Source: Lama glama
Taxonomy: Eukaryota
Reading direction: 5' to 3'
Length of the DNA: 64,000 bases
NCBI GenBank assembly: GCA_028534125.1
Contig: CM052822.1
Coordinates: 78,120,001 to 78,184,000 of the forward strand
The stretch's first letter is position 1; every line of letters starts with the position of its first letter. The position numbers and the translations under genes are program-made. Under the pieces are notes generated by a model, which saw only the letters and a program-made list of their open reading frames with translations, made no database searches and was not told the origin of the DNA. Below, piece by piece: positions 48,776 through 62,200 of the stretch.

Positions 48776-49764
48776 AGAAAAAAACACAACACGGTTCTTA
48801 GAAAAGATTTACAACCCGCTGCGGTGGCCCGCGTGGTTTTCGGAGACGGCACGCTTTCCCGAGCGGAACTCAGCTCCTCGGTCTGCAGTGGAGAGGGAGG
48901 CAGACGCAGCATCCCAGCGTCTCCAGCCCCAGAGACTCACAAATATTTTAACAACATCCCAGCGACTAATCGGTGACTCAGCCAACACACCCTGCGTAAA
49001 CAGTTTTCTATTCTTAACCCTGCTCCCATCTTGCTAAAGTTACAAGGCTGTACTTCCATCTGGAATATAGCCGCTTTCACTTGGCTTTGAAATGGTAACA
49101 CGAAACCGCTGTGATAAGTGGGACCACAGGGGCCACCCGGCCCCTCACTGCATGCCACCCACGCCACCCACGCCATGGCTGAGGATGCAGGGTCCGAGGT
49201 CGCCAGTCAGGAGCAGAGCCGTGCTGGTACCACTCTCGGCTCTAACCAGCGTTTCCCGCGTATCAGGTGCTCGCCTGCTCTCGGGGGACGTGCGTCTGGA
49301 CTATGCGGTGGCAGTGAGGGCCTGGCCCTGACGAGCAGTGGTTCCGACACTCTGTGTGGTCAGGACTGGCCGCGTCTCCAGGGCGTCCACGTGGGTGGAC
49401 CTTGGACGGGGCCCTGGGGTGATGCTGGTCGGCCTCCGATGGCAGCTGATAGGCACTGGCGGTGCACCGCCTTTGAGCTCAGAACAGCCACGACGTCCAC
49501 GCGTTCTCCCCGACCTGCGCCCCCACCAACCTGAGCTCCCTTCACAGCTGGACTGGCCTGCATTCACCTGATTCACAGCTGGACCGGCTGGTGCTCCCCT
49601 CACAGCCAGACGGGCCCTCTGACCAAGCAGACGGGCCGGACGAGCCTTGGCTGAGTTTGGCTGCGGGCCTGCCAGAGCTGTGGTTACTAGGCAGACGAGT
49701 CCCAGTCCCAGGCAGAGAGTGGCCCCTGGGCTGCGCGTGGACACAGGTGGGCTCTGCTGAGCTC

Positions 49765-50101
49765 AGTCTGAAGCCCCCCAATGCGCCTGTGTTTAGAGAC
49801 AAAGCCTTTAAGGAGATAATTACAGCTCAGTGGGGTCACTGGGGTGGGCCCTGCTCTGACAGGACTGGGGTCCTCACACGAAGAGGAAGAGACACGAGAG
49901 GTCCCCCTCTCTCCCTCTCTGCATGTCACAGAGGACAACCTTGGGGGACACAGAGAGAAGGTGGCCGCCTACAAGTCAGCCAGAGAGGCCTCAGGAGAAA
50001 CCCACCCTGCAGGCCCCTGATCTGGGACTTCCAGCCTCAGGACCACGAGACGGTAAGTGTCAGGGGTGCTTGCTACACAGCAGCCTGAGCTGACTGAGAC
50101 T
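49765..50101 (+). mobile_element. MaLR LTR (MLT1A-like)
   Basis: gcctttaaggagataatta...ggtgggccctg...gactggggtcctca...gaaggtggccgcctacaag...ctgatctgggacttccagcctc...cagcagcctgagctgactgagac. Confidence 0.85.
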
Positions 50102-50249
50102 GAGGCAGCAGGCACAGGGCGGCTCGGGGACCACAGGCAGCGTCCACTGTTGGGGGAAAGCGTGGCCAGCATCTTCCTCAGGACCACCGGGGCCACGCTG
50201 CGTAGACCCCCCATTTCCCTCCTCCACGCATCGTGCGCTCTTCATGTAC

Positions 50250-50337
50250 TTTTTTAAAAGGCGGTCCTGGGGCTTGAACCCCGGCCCGCGTGCAGGCCAA
50301 GCACGCGCTCTACCGCCGAGCTCCACCCTCTCTCCCA
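50250..50337 (-). mobile_element. tRNA-derived SINE (Vic-1-like, camelid)
   Basis: The reverse complement reads gggagagagggtggagctcggcggtagagcgcgtgcttggcctgcacgcgggccggggttcaagccccagg...aaaaa, with Pol III A- and B-box-like motifs and an A tail. Confidence 0.8.
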
Positions 50338-53300
50338 CTCATGTACTTTCGGTGCAGTTCCTGCCACGCTGAGAGAGAGTGATTTTGAAAGCACACAGCG
50401 ACCATTGCCAGACTGGACACAGCCTTGTTCCGGAGCCGAGGGCTCTCCCTACAAACGACAGCCGCTCTCTGTCCTGGTGAGACGGGAGGTGACATTTTTA
50501 AAGGACGGAATAAACTTGCTTCGACTTCAGCTGCCCTTTTCAGAGGCTGCAGGAGTCTCCTGGGACGGCGCGTCCTCCTGGTAAAAGGAGACCTCGGCGG
50601 GCATCACGCAGGCCCCGTGGGCAGGCACGAGTGGGTGAGGCCCTGGGTCCGGCTGCCTGCGCTCCACGCGTTGGTTGAACATTTGACGTGGCAAGTGCTT
50701 CCCGAGGCCTCAGCACACGCTTGTCAGTCATTTGCGCTTCTTATCTGGGTACATCTCCCCCCACTGGAGGGCTGTGCCAGGCTGCTCCTTGACAGCAGGG
50801 CTGGGAAGCCCAAGTTGTCCAGAGGACAGCCAGCGAGGGTCCCTGCGGGATCACGCGGGCACCAGCCGAGGGCCGGCCGCAACTGCACGCAGAGAGCGCG
50901 TGTGCACCGTCAGCTGTGCACGGAGGGAGCCCTCGTCCCCCGTGGGGCTCCGGCTTTGTGCCTGGCGGGGCTCTGGAGGAGGGCCACCTACGGCCGCTGG
51001 CTCATCAGAAGCAAAAACCCGACGGGTGGGTCTCGAGGCTGCCTGACCTCCATCTCAGGGTTGGGGCTTCCCTTCTGGTTCCATGGTCCCCAGTCAAAGC
51101 AGGACGGAAAGGATACTGTCTCTCCCTGTGAGGCAGTGACGCGTGGCAAGGGTGGAACCCTGGCATCCACGTTGAGGTGCATTCAGTTTCCTTGTGTCCT
51201 GGCTGAAGAACTGCCTGTAATTTCCAGGGAAAATCACAGCGCCTGCCTAGACGGCCTGGAACAGACCAGCCTACGGATCAAAGGCGCTGTGTGCTCGGCC
51301 AGACACCACTGCTGGCCCTGGGAGCACGCGTGGCCTGGGGGAGTGACGGGGGCCCTGCGAGGACCTTGGTGGCCTGGGACACAGGGCTCACGGGGACACA
51401 CAGGCAAGGAAAGAGAGGGCCCTGCCACCGGTCCCTGTCCTCCCGGCCCCCAGCCAGGACCAGCTCGCCCACCCTCCTGGGAAGCCCTGTCGAGGTCTGT
51501 GTCTCCGCCTCACTCGTCTCGACTGCCCGAAGGGCCTCCCGGCTCAGGGCTGTCATTTAAAAATTTTATTTTGTCGTGAGTGCTTCCACTTTTAAACAAT
51601 GTTCACTTCAAGCCCTCCTGGTACTGTGTTTCTTTTAAGAACCTATTTACAAATTGTTTATTGCATTGATTAAAATAAGGCTGTCACAGGCAGCTAACTG
51701 CCAGCCACAGGCCTGTGGTTTTCTGCAACAAACCACACACTAACTGCTGGCTGGCCCCCAGGGCTGCGGGAGGGCGGACACCCGCGAGCACCGCATTTGA
51801 ACTCTCACGTGCCGGAGAGAGAGAGGCTGCGGGGCGGGCTGGCGGCTGCTGGTGGCGGGAGCGCACCAGCGGAGCAGCAGCAGAGGGCTGCCAGACGAGG
51901 GGATGTTCCGGAACCTGCGGAGGATCTCGGCCTCCGGGGAGCAGCCCCTTTGCTCCGAGTCCAAACACAAGATAGCAAACAGACTGGCGGGTGGACGAGG
52001 TCAGTCTGCAGCCGTCCCGGGGCTGTGCCTGGTGTGACCACGCCGCCTCGCCCGCAGGCCGCCGCAGCCTCTGCGGAGGACCCACACTTCCTTATTTTAA
52101 ATGACGTAATGTGATATCTGACGTTCTCAGCATCAGAGTCAGCGTCGTCGCAGGAAAGCATGGCACTCTTGGCTGTTTCTAGACCTTGATTTCTGGCTTC
52201 GTGCTGTCATTTTTAATTCCACGAAGGAATTAAGATGTGCCCAGGTCAAACTATGACTGTTCCGCCAGCCACCATCCCTGGAAGACTTCGACTTGGAGGA
52301 AGACAGCAAGGAGTTCGGGGCAGGGACAGGGAAGCAGAAGGGCCGCCTTCCAGCTGCTTGAATTTGTCAGGTTGTATCTGTATCACGTTGGCACCTCCAC
52401 CTGAGACAGTCTCTTCTCTTCCAAGGAGCTTTGGGCATTTTGCACACAGTGTTCACTGCTTGTCCCCAAGTGCCTGTGGGAGGGGGACAGGTCTCACTTT
52501 ATGAAACGCCGCAGAGAAGCAGTGCTGAAGCCCGGGAGAGACATGGCTTGCCCTTGACGTACCCGAGGTGAGCGCCCGCTCGCCAGGCTCTCAGCTGGGC
52601 CTCAAGTTCATGCCTCCAAATCGCCTAACCACGGCAGCTCAAAACACACAGAGGCAGCAGCAGCTTGTCGCGCTGGCCGCAGCCACCACCCAGGAGACTC
52701 GGAAAAGGTGCCCACTTTGCACCTGTGGCCCCGGCCTCCTGTCTGCGGTCACCCCTCACTTCCTGACACCTGCTTCCCGAGCCTTAGACGCCTTTGGGGA
52801 GGGACCCACGGGCCCTCACGTTACTCCCCGAAGGACCTGCACCCTGTCCCGTCCTTTCCTCAGGGAGAAGAAAGAGGTCTCCTGCCAAAAAGTTTACAGT
52901 AGTGGCCAGAAACCTGACCATGGGCTGGCCCGGGGCTGACGCAGAGCCCTGCGCTCTGGGGCACAAGCGCTGCCCCACAAGGCTGTTATCAAACCAAATA
53001 CCGAATCACTGACGATGCTAAGTTCAGTCACTGTGCAAACAACACACCTCTAGAGCCGCCACATTGGTTCCGGGGATGTGCGTTGGTACCGATGGACGGC
53101 AGGTGGACAGCTCAAAAGCGACACCCCCAGGTCTGAGCTCACTTACATCCACACCCAATCTCCACCCGCTCAGCTGGCGTGAAGGCCCCCAGAGCGGGGT
53201 GCCCCACGAGGGGCTCCAGCCAGTGGAGGCTGTGTTCTCACCATCTTTCCAAATGAGGACTCACGATTTCCAGGTGGAGCCGAACCACAGCGCCCACAGG

Positions 53301-56300
53301 GGCTCTTGGTCTGTGTGGCTGGAATTTTTGTTACTGACTCTTACACCTGCGTTTGTTCAAATGCGTATCTGAAGTGTGCTTTCCTGCTGGCCATCGAGCC
53401 CCTCCTCCCCAGACTGTCGGTCCCTGTGACCATGTCGTACACACAGACACACTTCTCTTAACGGTGCGCTGCCTTAAGCCCTTTTCCTGGGAGTAGAGAT
53501 ACTATAATTTACAAAATTCTTAATTAACATCTTCTCTGAGATAATAGGTTCTTCCAGTGCGTGGGAAAAAATCGATCTCCGCCACAGACACGTCACCAGA
53601 CACCATTAAAGCAGACCCTTCAGCTGTGGTTCTCCAACTGTCCCCTCCCCCGGCCCACAGGCGGTGGGCGTCCCAACCCCGCCAAGCACTTGAACGCGGT
53701 ACCAAGGCCACCCGGTGGTAGGGGGCTAGAGATCCAGGGCAAATGAAAAACACAAGTCAACTGAAATCTCACCACCGTTCTGCTCCGTTGGGAAGGGGCT
53801 CCAGCCTAGAGCCTGGGTGAGGACTGTGCCTCCCCCTGCCCAGTGGCGTCGGACGGGATGGGCCACATCGTTCCGCCCCTGCCATCCACCTTCTCGCACT
53901 CAGATGAGATGGCTATTTCCTGGCTGACCGGCTTAGGTTCTGGCAAGGACCCGGCAAGGACGCTAAGGAGATGCTAAGATGCCCTCCCACACCGGCCTGC
54001 CACCTGTGGGTCCACGTGCAGCTGGGCAGGACGTCTCAAGGGACAGGAAGGCCCTGGCTGTCTGACTGTTTTCTGTGCTCGACGCTGACAACCCTGGAAG
54101 AACTGGTGTCTGCCGCTGTCTAGATAATCTTTGCTTTCTGTTTTTGTGCAGAGTTCTTAATTCAACAGACATTTACTGCCCGACTGCCACGTGTTAGTGA
54201 TAGTCTGGGGGAGGGGCAAGTGCGCACAAATGAACACGAGCCAGAACAGGCTGCTGAGGACAGACTGGGGTGCTGTGCTGGGTGGGGGGACACCTACGGC
54301 GGGGGGCCAGGAAAGCACTCCTAGACCCTGACCTAGATTCAAAGAGTCTGAAATCCAAGTGAGTGGAAGCTACTGGAAGATCCACCTACATGCAGGTGAC
54401 CGGGTCCCCAGCCTAGTGACGGTTTTAACCAGCCTGACTCTCCATTCTTACCACGCAGGCCGTTGTGTGGAAGCCATGGCAACCCTGGAATCCACTCGGG
54501 GTGACACAGGTCTCCTCTGTGCACATGCTCAGAATCCCACTTCAACAGTAAAACAGGACAACTGGTTCTTTACTTAAAACACGATATAAATAAAGTTACA
54601 GCAGTGCAGCCATTCACAGTCTCAGTGTCAGGTACGAGGTTGGTCTGATTTTGCGTGTTAGAGAGTAACGCAAGCCTGCTCTCTGCACGTCTGACCTGGG
54701 AAGGGCCCAGGACGTACACGGAAGCACAGAAAAGACGGGGCGGCCAGCATGTCTGCAGTTTACAGGGAATCGGGCTGCGGGTGGAAAGCCTGCCGTTGTC
54801 CTCGTCGCCCAGGCAAGTGCGGCGGAGCGAAGGGCTTGGGTCCTCTGGCTGAGCGGTCTGGGAGTCTCTCCCGGCCCTGGGGTGTGGGGTCCAGCCCCTT
54901 CCCGGCTCCCCGGGGTTTCTGAGGAAGCTGCACTGGCAAGAGGAAGTGAGAGCTGGGCCCCTCTGAGCCCTGGCCTGGCGGGAAGAACCGCCTCTTACAG
55001 TCGCTGACTTCCGTAACCTGCTGAACATAAAGGGGCACATTTCACCCTAAACCGCTCCTGGCTCTTCGGTGCCTCTGTGTCCGGGATCCGGTGCTCCGAG
55101 GAAACACCCGGGGCAGGGGCTTGGCCGGGGTGTGGGAGAGGGGCCCCTCCGGCCACGGCGACGGGTGAGCGGGGCGCGGGTGAAAAGATGGGAATGGGGC
55201 TGGCGTCTGGCTGTGACTCCGATGTGACCGGCCAGGCAGCTCCCTGAAAACCGCCGCCACCTGAACGTGGGTTCGTGGGCGCGGTGGCCCCAGGAGTTCG
55301 CGGAGGAGGGCGCAGCGCTGGGCCTCCCCGACACCGCACTCCCAACCTCCCCGGAGCGCTGTGGACGCCCCGGGCACCCTCCCAGCCTCCCCTCCTGCTA
55401 ATCCGTCGTGTGATCCCGGCCGAGCCATCACTCTGGGGTCTCAGCTTCTGCACGGTGCGGGGGCCTGCCTGTGCCAGCGCTGGTGGCCTGCGGTTTTCAG
55501 TCCAAGGCTGCGGATGTGCTGGGGCCTGTCGAGCCCCGAGGGGGGGTGAGGAGGGTTACTGCCTCCGCAGACGGCGTTTCCTCCCTCCGGGGCGAAGGTG
55601 GCACTAGGGCTGGGAAGGAGGTCCCTCAGCCGCTTACAGGTGAACGTGGGAGAGTCACACCTGCGCACTCCCTTGGGGTTCCTCCTGTTGGCTGCTTCCT
55701 CGTGCCCCGGGGCCCCCGCACAGCAAGGGGAGGAGGGTGACGGAGGAGAGGCCGGGGGCCCTGGACCCGCCTCCCCTGGAATTCTCCCGCTTCGGCTGGC
55801 ACTGACTGGGGTGTGTCTCCATTTCTTTTAAAAATGGGTTTGGGCAGCCAAGCGAACCCCTCTGGCGTCCAGCCCCTCCCTGCCCCCAGCGCCGTGGCCA
55901 AGCACCCAGGCGCCTGTTCAGAGGAGACCACCTAAACGCGCCGGGAGCCGGAATCCCCGGGCAGTTCAGAGCAGCGGGAACTCGGGGGTCTGAGAGGACC
56001 AGACCAAGCGGGACCAGCCTGGAGAGACGCCGCCTGCTCGGGACACAGGGCACTGCTGCCCGGGCTCGGGGGGCGGCTCGGGGGGGCGGCGCCGGCTCGT
56101 CCTGCTGGGCAGGCACGGGCTCACCCTCAGGCAGCAGGATGCCCCGGGCCACGTCTTACGTCTGCGCAGAAAGGGTTCCTTGACCAGAGGCTCCCTCAAG
56201 AAATTACCCGCCCATCAGCACCCGGCCCCCTGGGCAGATCGCCCGAGCGGGGGCCACTGATGAGGAAGGTGCGGGGGGAGGCAGCTCTCCAAACGCCCAC

Positions 56301-59021
56301 CAGCAGGCCGGGGGTCGTGCGCAGCAGCAATCCTGGGGAATTGATTTCTTTCTCGGTTACAAATTGCAGGTGGAGACATCCTGCCACGCAGAGGGGAAGC
56401 CCGGGCCGGGGGCGCACTGGGGCGACATCTAGAGCAAAGACAGCTGGATTCGAGCCTGAGCGAGCGGGCAGGGTGAGGCTGGGGTCGGCGAGGGGGAGCG
56501 GGCAGAAAGAAAGAAACCCACCCGGCAGCAGCCGGCTTCCTTCTGAATGAAAGCTCCGCGCACTTAAATTAAGCGTCAGATACGATTTAGCATGGAGGCA
56601 TCACACAGCCGGGGCGAGCGCGGGGCCGACAGCTCTTCTGCGTGGTTAATTGCTGCGCCTCCTCGCGCCCTCGGAGAAGACCTCCAGCAGGGAAGCGAGC
56701 TTCCTGTCCACTCTCAGGGGCGGGTCCCCTCAAAGGTGACAGGCAGGCGTGGCTGGCTGCTGGGGCAGAGGGGACGGGGTGCCCGAGGCTCCCTTCCCGT
56801 GTCTCTACTCCCTGCGGACTGGTGGAGCTGCCCTTGCTTGGCGCCTCGGTTAAGATGGGTGGCGCGGAGTCCGGGTGGTGAGCACCCTTTGTTTTCAGTG
56901 CCCACCAAAGAGGAGGGACCCTTTCCCAGTGGGGAAAAGCGCCTTGGACACACTCCTTCCCTAGGAGAGGAGGAAGGAGGAAGAACAGAAAAGAGAGGGA
57001 GGGAGGATGGGGGTGGGGGGACATGCACACAGCTCCGCTCTTGACTTCGACAGGACCATGGCCACGTGGGACCCGGAAGCGCCCTGCAGAACGTGGCCTC
57101 AAGAAATTTCCAGTCCGGTGTCCTGACCAGCGAGGGTCAGACATGCCCAGATCAACACCAGCTCCTGGCTACGAGCAGCTGGTGCTGATGCCCTGAGCCT
57201 GCATCTCCCCCCTCGGGCCCAGCCCAGCTTCTGGAAGGATTTTCCAAGTCCCCAGCTACTCCCTCTGCAGCTCCTGCTCAGCGTGGCCACCTTGTTTCTC
57301 GGGCAGAGACATCAAAGCATCGGTTCAGTGCGGCAGGGAGAGGTCAGGTGTCACCAGTGCGGCGGGGGTGGGCACAGCCAGTTTCCACCCACTACGAGGT
57401 CCAGGCCAGGCCTGGAGGTCTGTGCCCTCAGCCCGCCTGCCCAGCCTCTCCTGGGGCAGTCGTCTGGGCCCCTGGCCTGTGCTGAACACCCCCCTCTCTC
57501 TTGCTTCTCTGCCTGTCTTCCAGCTGCTCCCTCACCCAGACTCCAGGTCCCGCCTTGCCAGATGCCCCCCTCCGACTGCAGACTTCTCCTAGATCTAAAC
57601 CCCTTCCAGCCCAGTCGCTCGGTTCTTGTTCCTGGTTCCAGAACCTTCGTCTCGGCCTGGAGCGCCGGCCGAGATCTGTTCCTCTGGTGTTTTAGGCAAA
57701 ACAATCACAGTCAGATGCGTAGCTACCCGCCAGCACCGGAAACGTGATCAGAGACGGCGGGAGTGAGGGCAGACCCGGGGTGGGGGTGCCCAGCCGTCGT
57801 TCAGGAGGCCTGGACTTCGGCTCATAAACTGCTTGCCGTGGGAGTCCAACCACGGACACGGCCCCAGATGGCCTCACTGGGGCCAGCGGTGTCGGTAACA
57901 AAGAGACAGCCTGGGCAGGGTGCCGGCAGTGGTGGCGCTGCGGTTCTGCGGGAGTCGGGCTGGGCCAGAGCAGGGCTGGCCAACCCCTGGGGGCAGCCCC
58001 TCCCAGGCCTGGGGGGCCGTGTGGCCCCCAGAGCACGAAGTCTCCCTGTGACGCCGTTTCATGAGTCGCTGATCTTCCAGGGAGGGGACGTGCTCAGCGG
58101 ACCCCCAGCGACAAAAACGCTGGGAGTGTGCGCTGCAGTGTGCCTCCGGGGCCCTCCGCTAGGACGGTCACAGTGGGTGAGCGCGGCGCTCCGTTACCAC
58201 GTTCGGTGCGCTTTTCTGCCAGCTTGCTTCCCCTCGCGCCGTCAGGACACCACCTGAGAAGAGCCCAGTAAATGTGACCAGCGCCCCAGCCGGTCCTCCT
58301 CCACCAGGACCGGGTGATGCCCCGGCCCAAGCCTGCAACTCCAGGGGCGTGTCTCTGGCCCCCTCGGCCTCCCCACCCGTCTCTGGGAGTGTCCACCTCT
58401 CCGGTCTGGGTGGGGCCTCTCAGCCGGCCCACCTCCTGCCTCGTTGCTTCCTCACCGCCGACGTGGACCTCGCCTCCCGCCCTGAAGTGGCCTGTTCACC
58501 TCCAGGTCACACCACCGGCTCCTGGGAGGCTGGGAAGCGGCTCCAGTCAGCAGTCAGGCCTCGACTTGGCAACCCCAGACCCACGTGCACCATGGCCGAG
58601 CACTAGCTCCTGCCAGCTGCCCCCCACCCCCGGCTCGACACCAGCGACCTCCATCCCTGGGAAGCCTCGCTCTCCAGCCCCCCACGCCTGCCGGGCCTGC
58701 AGTAAGGGGTCCCGCAGGACGGCGAGGAGCACGCAGGTCCACTCGGCAGACACGTTCCACAAGCAGGAAGCACGGAGCCTGGTGACCATCCTATGTTCCA
58801 GAGGAAGCTGATGGCACCCGAGCCCCCAGCTCTGCCCGCTCCGTCCGAGGACCCCGGAGCCACCGCGTGTGCAAACGCCTGACACGGCACGTGCCACACG
58901 GAGCCGGCCTCTTCAGATAAAGACTGAAGTAGACGCTTAAGTTGCACTGAAATTAAGGTTTGTGATGAAAAGTCCACAGTGGGGCCTACTTCAATGGAAT
59001 TTTTACTTTTAAAATTCTGTC

Positions 59022-59250
59022 TGGGACTCAGACAGAGAACAGACTCATGGTTACCAGGGGGTAGAGGAGGTGGGAAGGGATAAACTGGGAATTTGGAATT
59101 TGCACCTCTTGAGGAGGGATGGAAACGTGAGCTGTCTCGATTGTGGTTTCATGGGTGTGTGCACATCTATCAAAATTCATCAGATGTACATCTGAAATAT
59201 GTGCAGTTTACACACAGGAATCATCCCACAGTAAAGGTGTTCAAAAAAAA
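59022..59250 (+). mobile_element. L1 3' UTR fragments (younger-type piece joined to an older L1M-type tail)
   Basis: cagacagagaacagactcatggttaccaggggg...gggataaactgggaatttggaatt, followed by tatcaaaattcatcagatgtaca...aaaggtgttcaaaaaaaa. Confidence 0.75.
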
Positions 59251-62200
59251 TCTGTCTGGAAAACAAACATTGCCATCTAAGATGACGCAAGCTGGAAAGA
59301 CGCTTCCCCGCGACCCGATGCCCTCACAATGCGGAGGAAACTAGAACAGCTGTAACTCGGAGCACTGACTTCTGATGATTTTTGTTACTTTTAAATTGTC
59401 ACTGAGAACTTGGGTGCAGCGAGAGAGTATTTCAGTGAGCCTTCCTTTGAGAAACTTCTCACCAAACTTCAGAGCTTCACATTTATACCCGTGGGTCCAT
59501 GGGTGAGTTTTGTAAAGTTGAATCATCTCTGACTGGGAGAAAGAAGGGAGGACTTTGTGCCATCACAAGTCCTGCCCGGGCTGCGTCCCGTGCCCAAGTC
59601 CCCGGGCAGCGCTGGGTGACGCTGGGCGTAAAGCGACACGCAGGGTGACCATTTTGACAGTTTGTGGACAGGGTCTGTGCACCCACGAGGGCAGTTTTAA
59701 GCGAAACACACATGTGAGAAGTTGTACAAAATGTAGTGACCAGTTAAGAATTTTTTACATTAAAAAGTATTAATGTGTTTGTGTTTAAGTGGAATTCTCT
59801 GGGAAAGTGGTATTTCCAACAAGGACTATCCTTAAACGGGTGGGGCTTTGGCAGTGGCTGCCACGTGGGGCCTGGGCTGGCGTTTTGGCTCTGTCTTGCT
59901 GGAGGCGGCAGTAAATGTCACCATCTCACTGTCATCGCCCGACAGCGGCCGAGCCACCACAGCGATCAGAGCAGAAACGGCCTGGGAAGCCGTCAGCACG
60001 GGACTCAGCGCACACCGGCTGCAGCTCAGATTCGCAGGAGGCGCGAGGGAGCGTGAATCAGGGGGAGGGGGGCAAGAAAAAAAATCAGTATGCTCCTGGC
60101 GGATGAGAACCCGCTCAGAGAAAGTAGAAACGGCCTTTCCACTCCATTATCCTCCTGCCAATGCAGAAGGGACTGAGGCGCCGGTCGATAATCAGACGGA
60201 GGAGACAGTCCCCGTGACAGCCGCGCACAGGAGCCGCGCTTCAAGGACGCGTCAGATGAAGGAATCCTCCGTGGCTGGGCCAGGGAGGACAAGACCTCAC
60301 TGGCAGGTGGGCCCGGGCTCCTGGCAGGAAACCGGGAGACCACAGAGCGACGTCAGGGGATCCCGGGGCGACTGGGTGTGAACCTTCCAGGCGGAACACT
60401 CGGCCCCCAATAGAAGCAGCTTCGCAACGGGGGCCACGCTCACCGGGTGCTCGAGATACGGGAAAGAAGGCCAGGCCTCGAAGGAAGGTCACACGGAGGA
60501 ACCCCGCACATCCCCAGGCCCCACAGTGACCGACGGCGCCAACGAGGGGCTGGCAGGTGCAGGTGCCGCTGAGCTCTCAGGAGCCCCGGGCCACCTGGGA
60601 AACGGGGGGAGGACAGACAAGTGCGGAGAGGAGGCGTCTGGGGACGCATGCTGGCTGCTTAAGAGACGCGTCCGGTCTCAGAGCCTGCATCGTCCACGTC
60701 TTACTGAGCTGGCTGGCACGTGGCCCACGGAGGGAGGTGCGGACACTGTGTAGCTCGCTCACTGATCCCACTGTTTCCTAAATGTGTGTTTTTAAAAAAG
60801 TAAAAAGCCCTCGTCACTATAGTATGCTATTTAAAAAAAGTCTAAACTTGCAACACTCCTTTTGAAGAGTAAGAGAAGTAATTGCCTGAAGACCCCTCTG
60901 CGCTGCAGACAGACGCTGCAGGGCTTTAAACAGAGGCCCCACGACAGGGCTTGAGGTAGGACCTCCCTGCTTTCAAGACCCCGAAGGAGCAGCGAGGCTC
61001 CCCGGTGGGGCCCAAAGGGACCCCTCTGGTCCAGGCTTTTAGGCGACCACCTGCTGGACAGCGTCTGGATCCAGCCGGGGACGGCCCGTAGGAGCCGACA
61101 CCCTGGAGTGAGGAGATGCAGGTGCGGGAGCCACGAGGCTGCCTTGCGGGTCTGATGGAGGAGGAGGGGAGGCGCCTCCTCCGCTGACTTGAGCACAGAC
61201 CAATGAAAACGAGATCTGAGCATGGACATCATGGGTGCTCACTGCAGCGCACGCCTACCTGCCCTGGTGAGCCCCGCCCTCACTCTGGGTGGCCCTGGAT
61301 GGCAGGTGCCAGGGAACTCCCCGAGGGATGTGGGCGCAGGGAGGCCCCGTGGATGGTCCCCGTGAGATCTGGACGTGGCCCTGGAACATCCCCCTGGCAG
61401 TGACTGCACAGACGTGAGGGGAGCAGCCAAGGAAGGCTGGTGCAGAGCGGGCAGCCCTGCCGACGGGCACAGGGCCCGCGGACCTGGGGAAAGCGTGCGA
61501 GCCTGCCCTCGGAAGCGGCTGCCTCCGCACACGCATGCCTGAGCTGCCACGGCCGCTGGCAGCTCCTCATCAGAACACACAGGCCTCGCGCGTAATGCCA
61601 AACTGAAGGCTGGACTTTGAAGGACGCGGTGCTCCCCGGCCAGTGCCTCCTTCTGGTGGAAGCCAGGACCGGATGGGGGCGGGCGCCCGGCTTGGCCTGG
61701 ACGCTCTGCATCTTCAAGTCCGTGCTTCACTGGTCAGCCATTTTCACATTCAGATCCGCAAATTCTGGGCTCGTGACTCACAGGTCTCAAAAGAGACTCC
61801 ATCAAATGACGGGCGCCATTGGAGCTGAGGTTGGCGTGTGCTCTGGGACCAGCCAGTCCCTGCGGGCAGGCTCACACCATGGGGGGCGCAGCGCTGGTCC
61901 AGCCTCCCTGCGCTCCTGGGGTCTGGGAGGTCCTCCTGCGAGGGGGGTCTGCGCTGGCAGTGCCCATGGGACCACCAAGTCCCGAGACCAGGTGGGCAAT
62001 GAGGGCGACTCTCAGCGCCCCCTCCCAGGGTCTTCATCTCCTCTTCTCGGACACGCTTTAGTCGTTCTGCTGTGGGACCACCCTGGGGATGTAAGACGGC
62101 CCCAGAGAGAGCCCCGGGCGCAGGGACCTGACGTGCAGGCCGTGGGAGCAGCTGCTGCTCCCCGATCCAGGGGCCCCAAACCGTCTGCTGAATTCCTGCA

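Noticed and set aside
50250-50337. tRNA gene
   Set aside because: A/B-box-like head followed by an A-rich tail, with no intact cloverleaf. It is a SINE.
50425-51579. 384-aa ORF
   Set aside because: No ATG at the called start and no recognisable family. Length is compatible with chance in GC-rich DNA.
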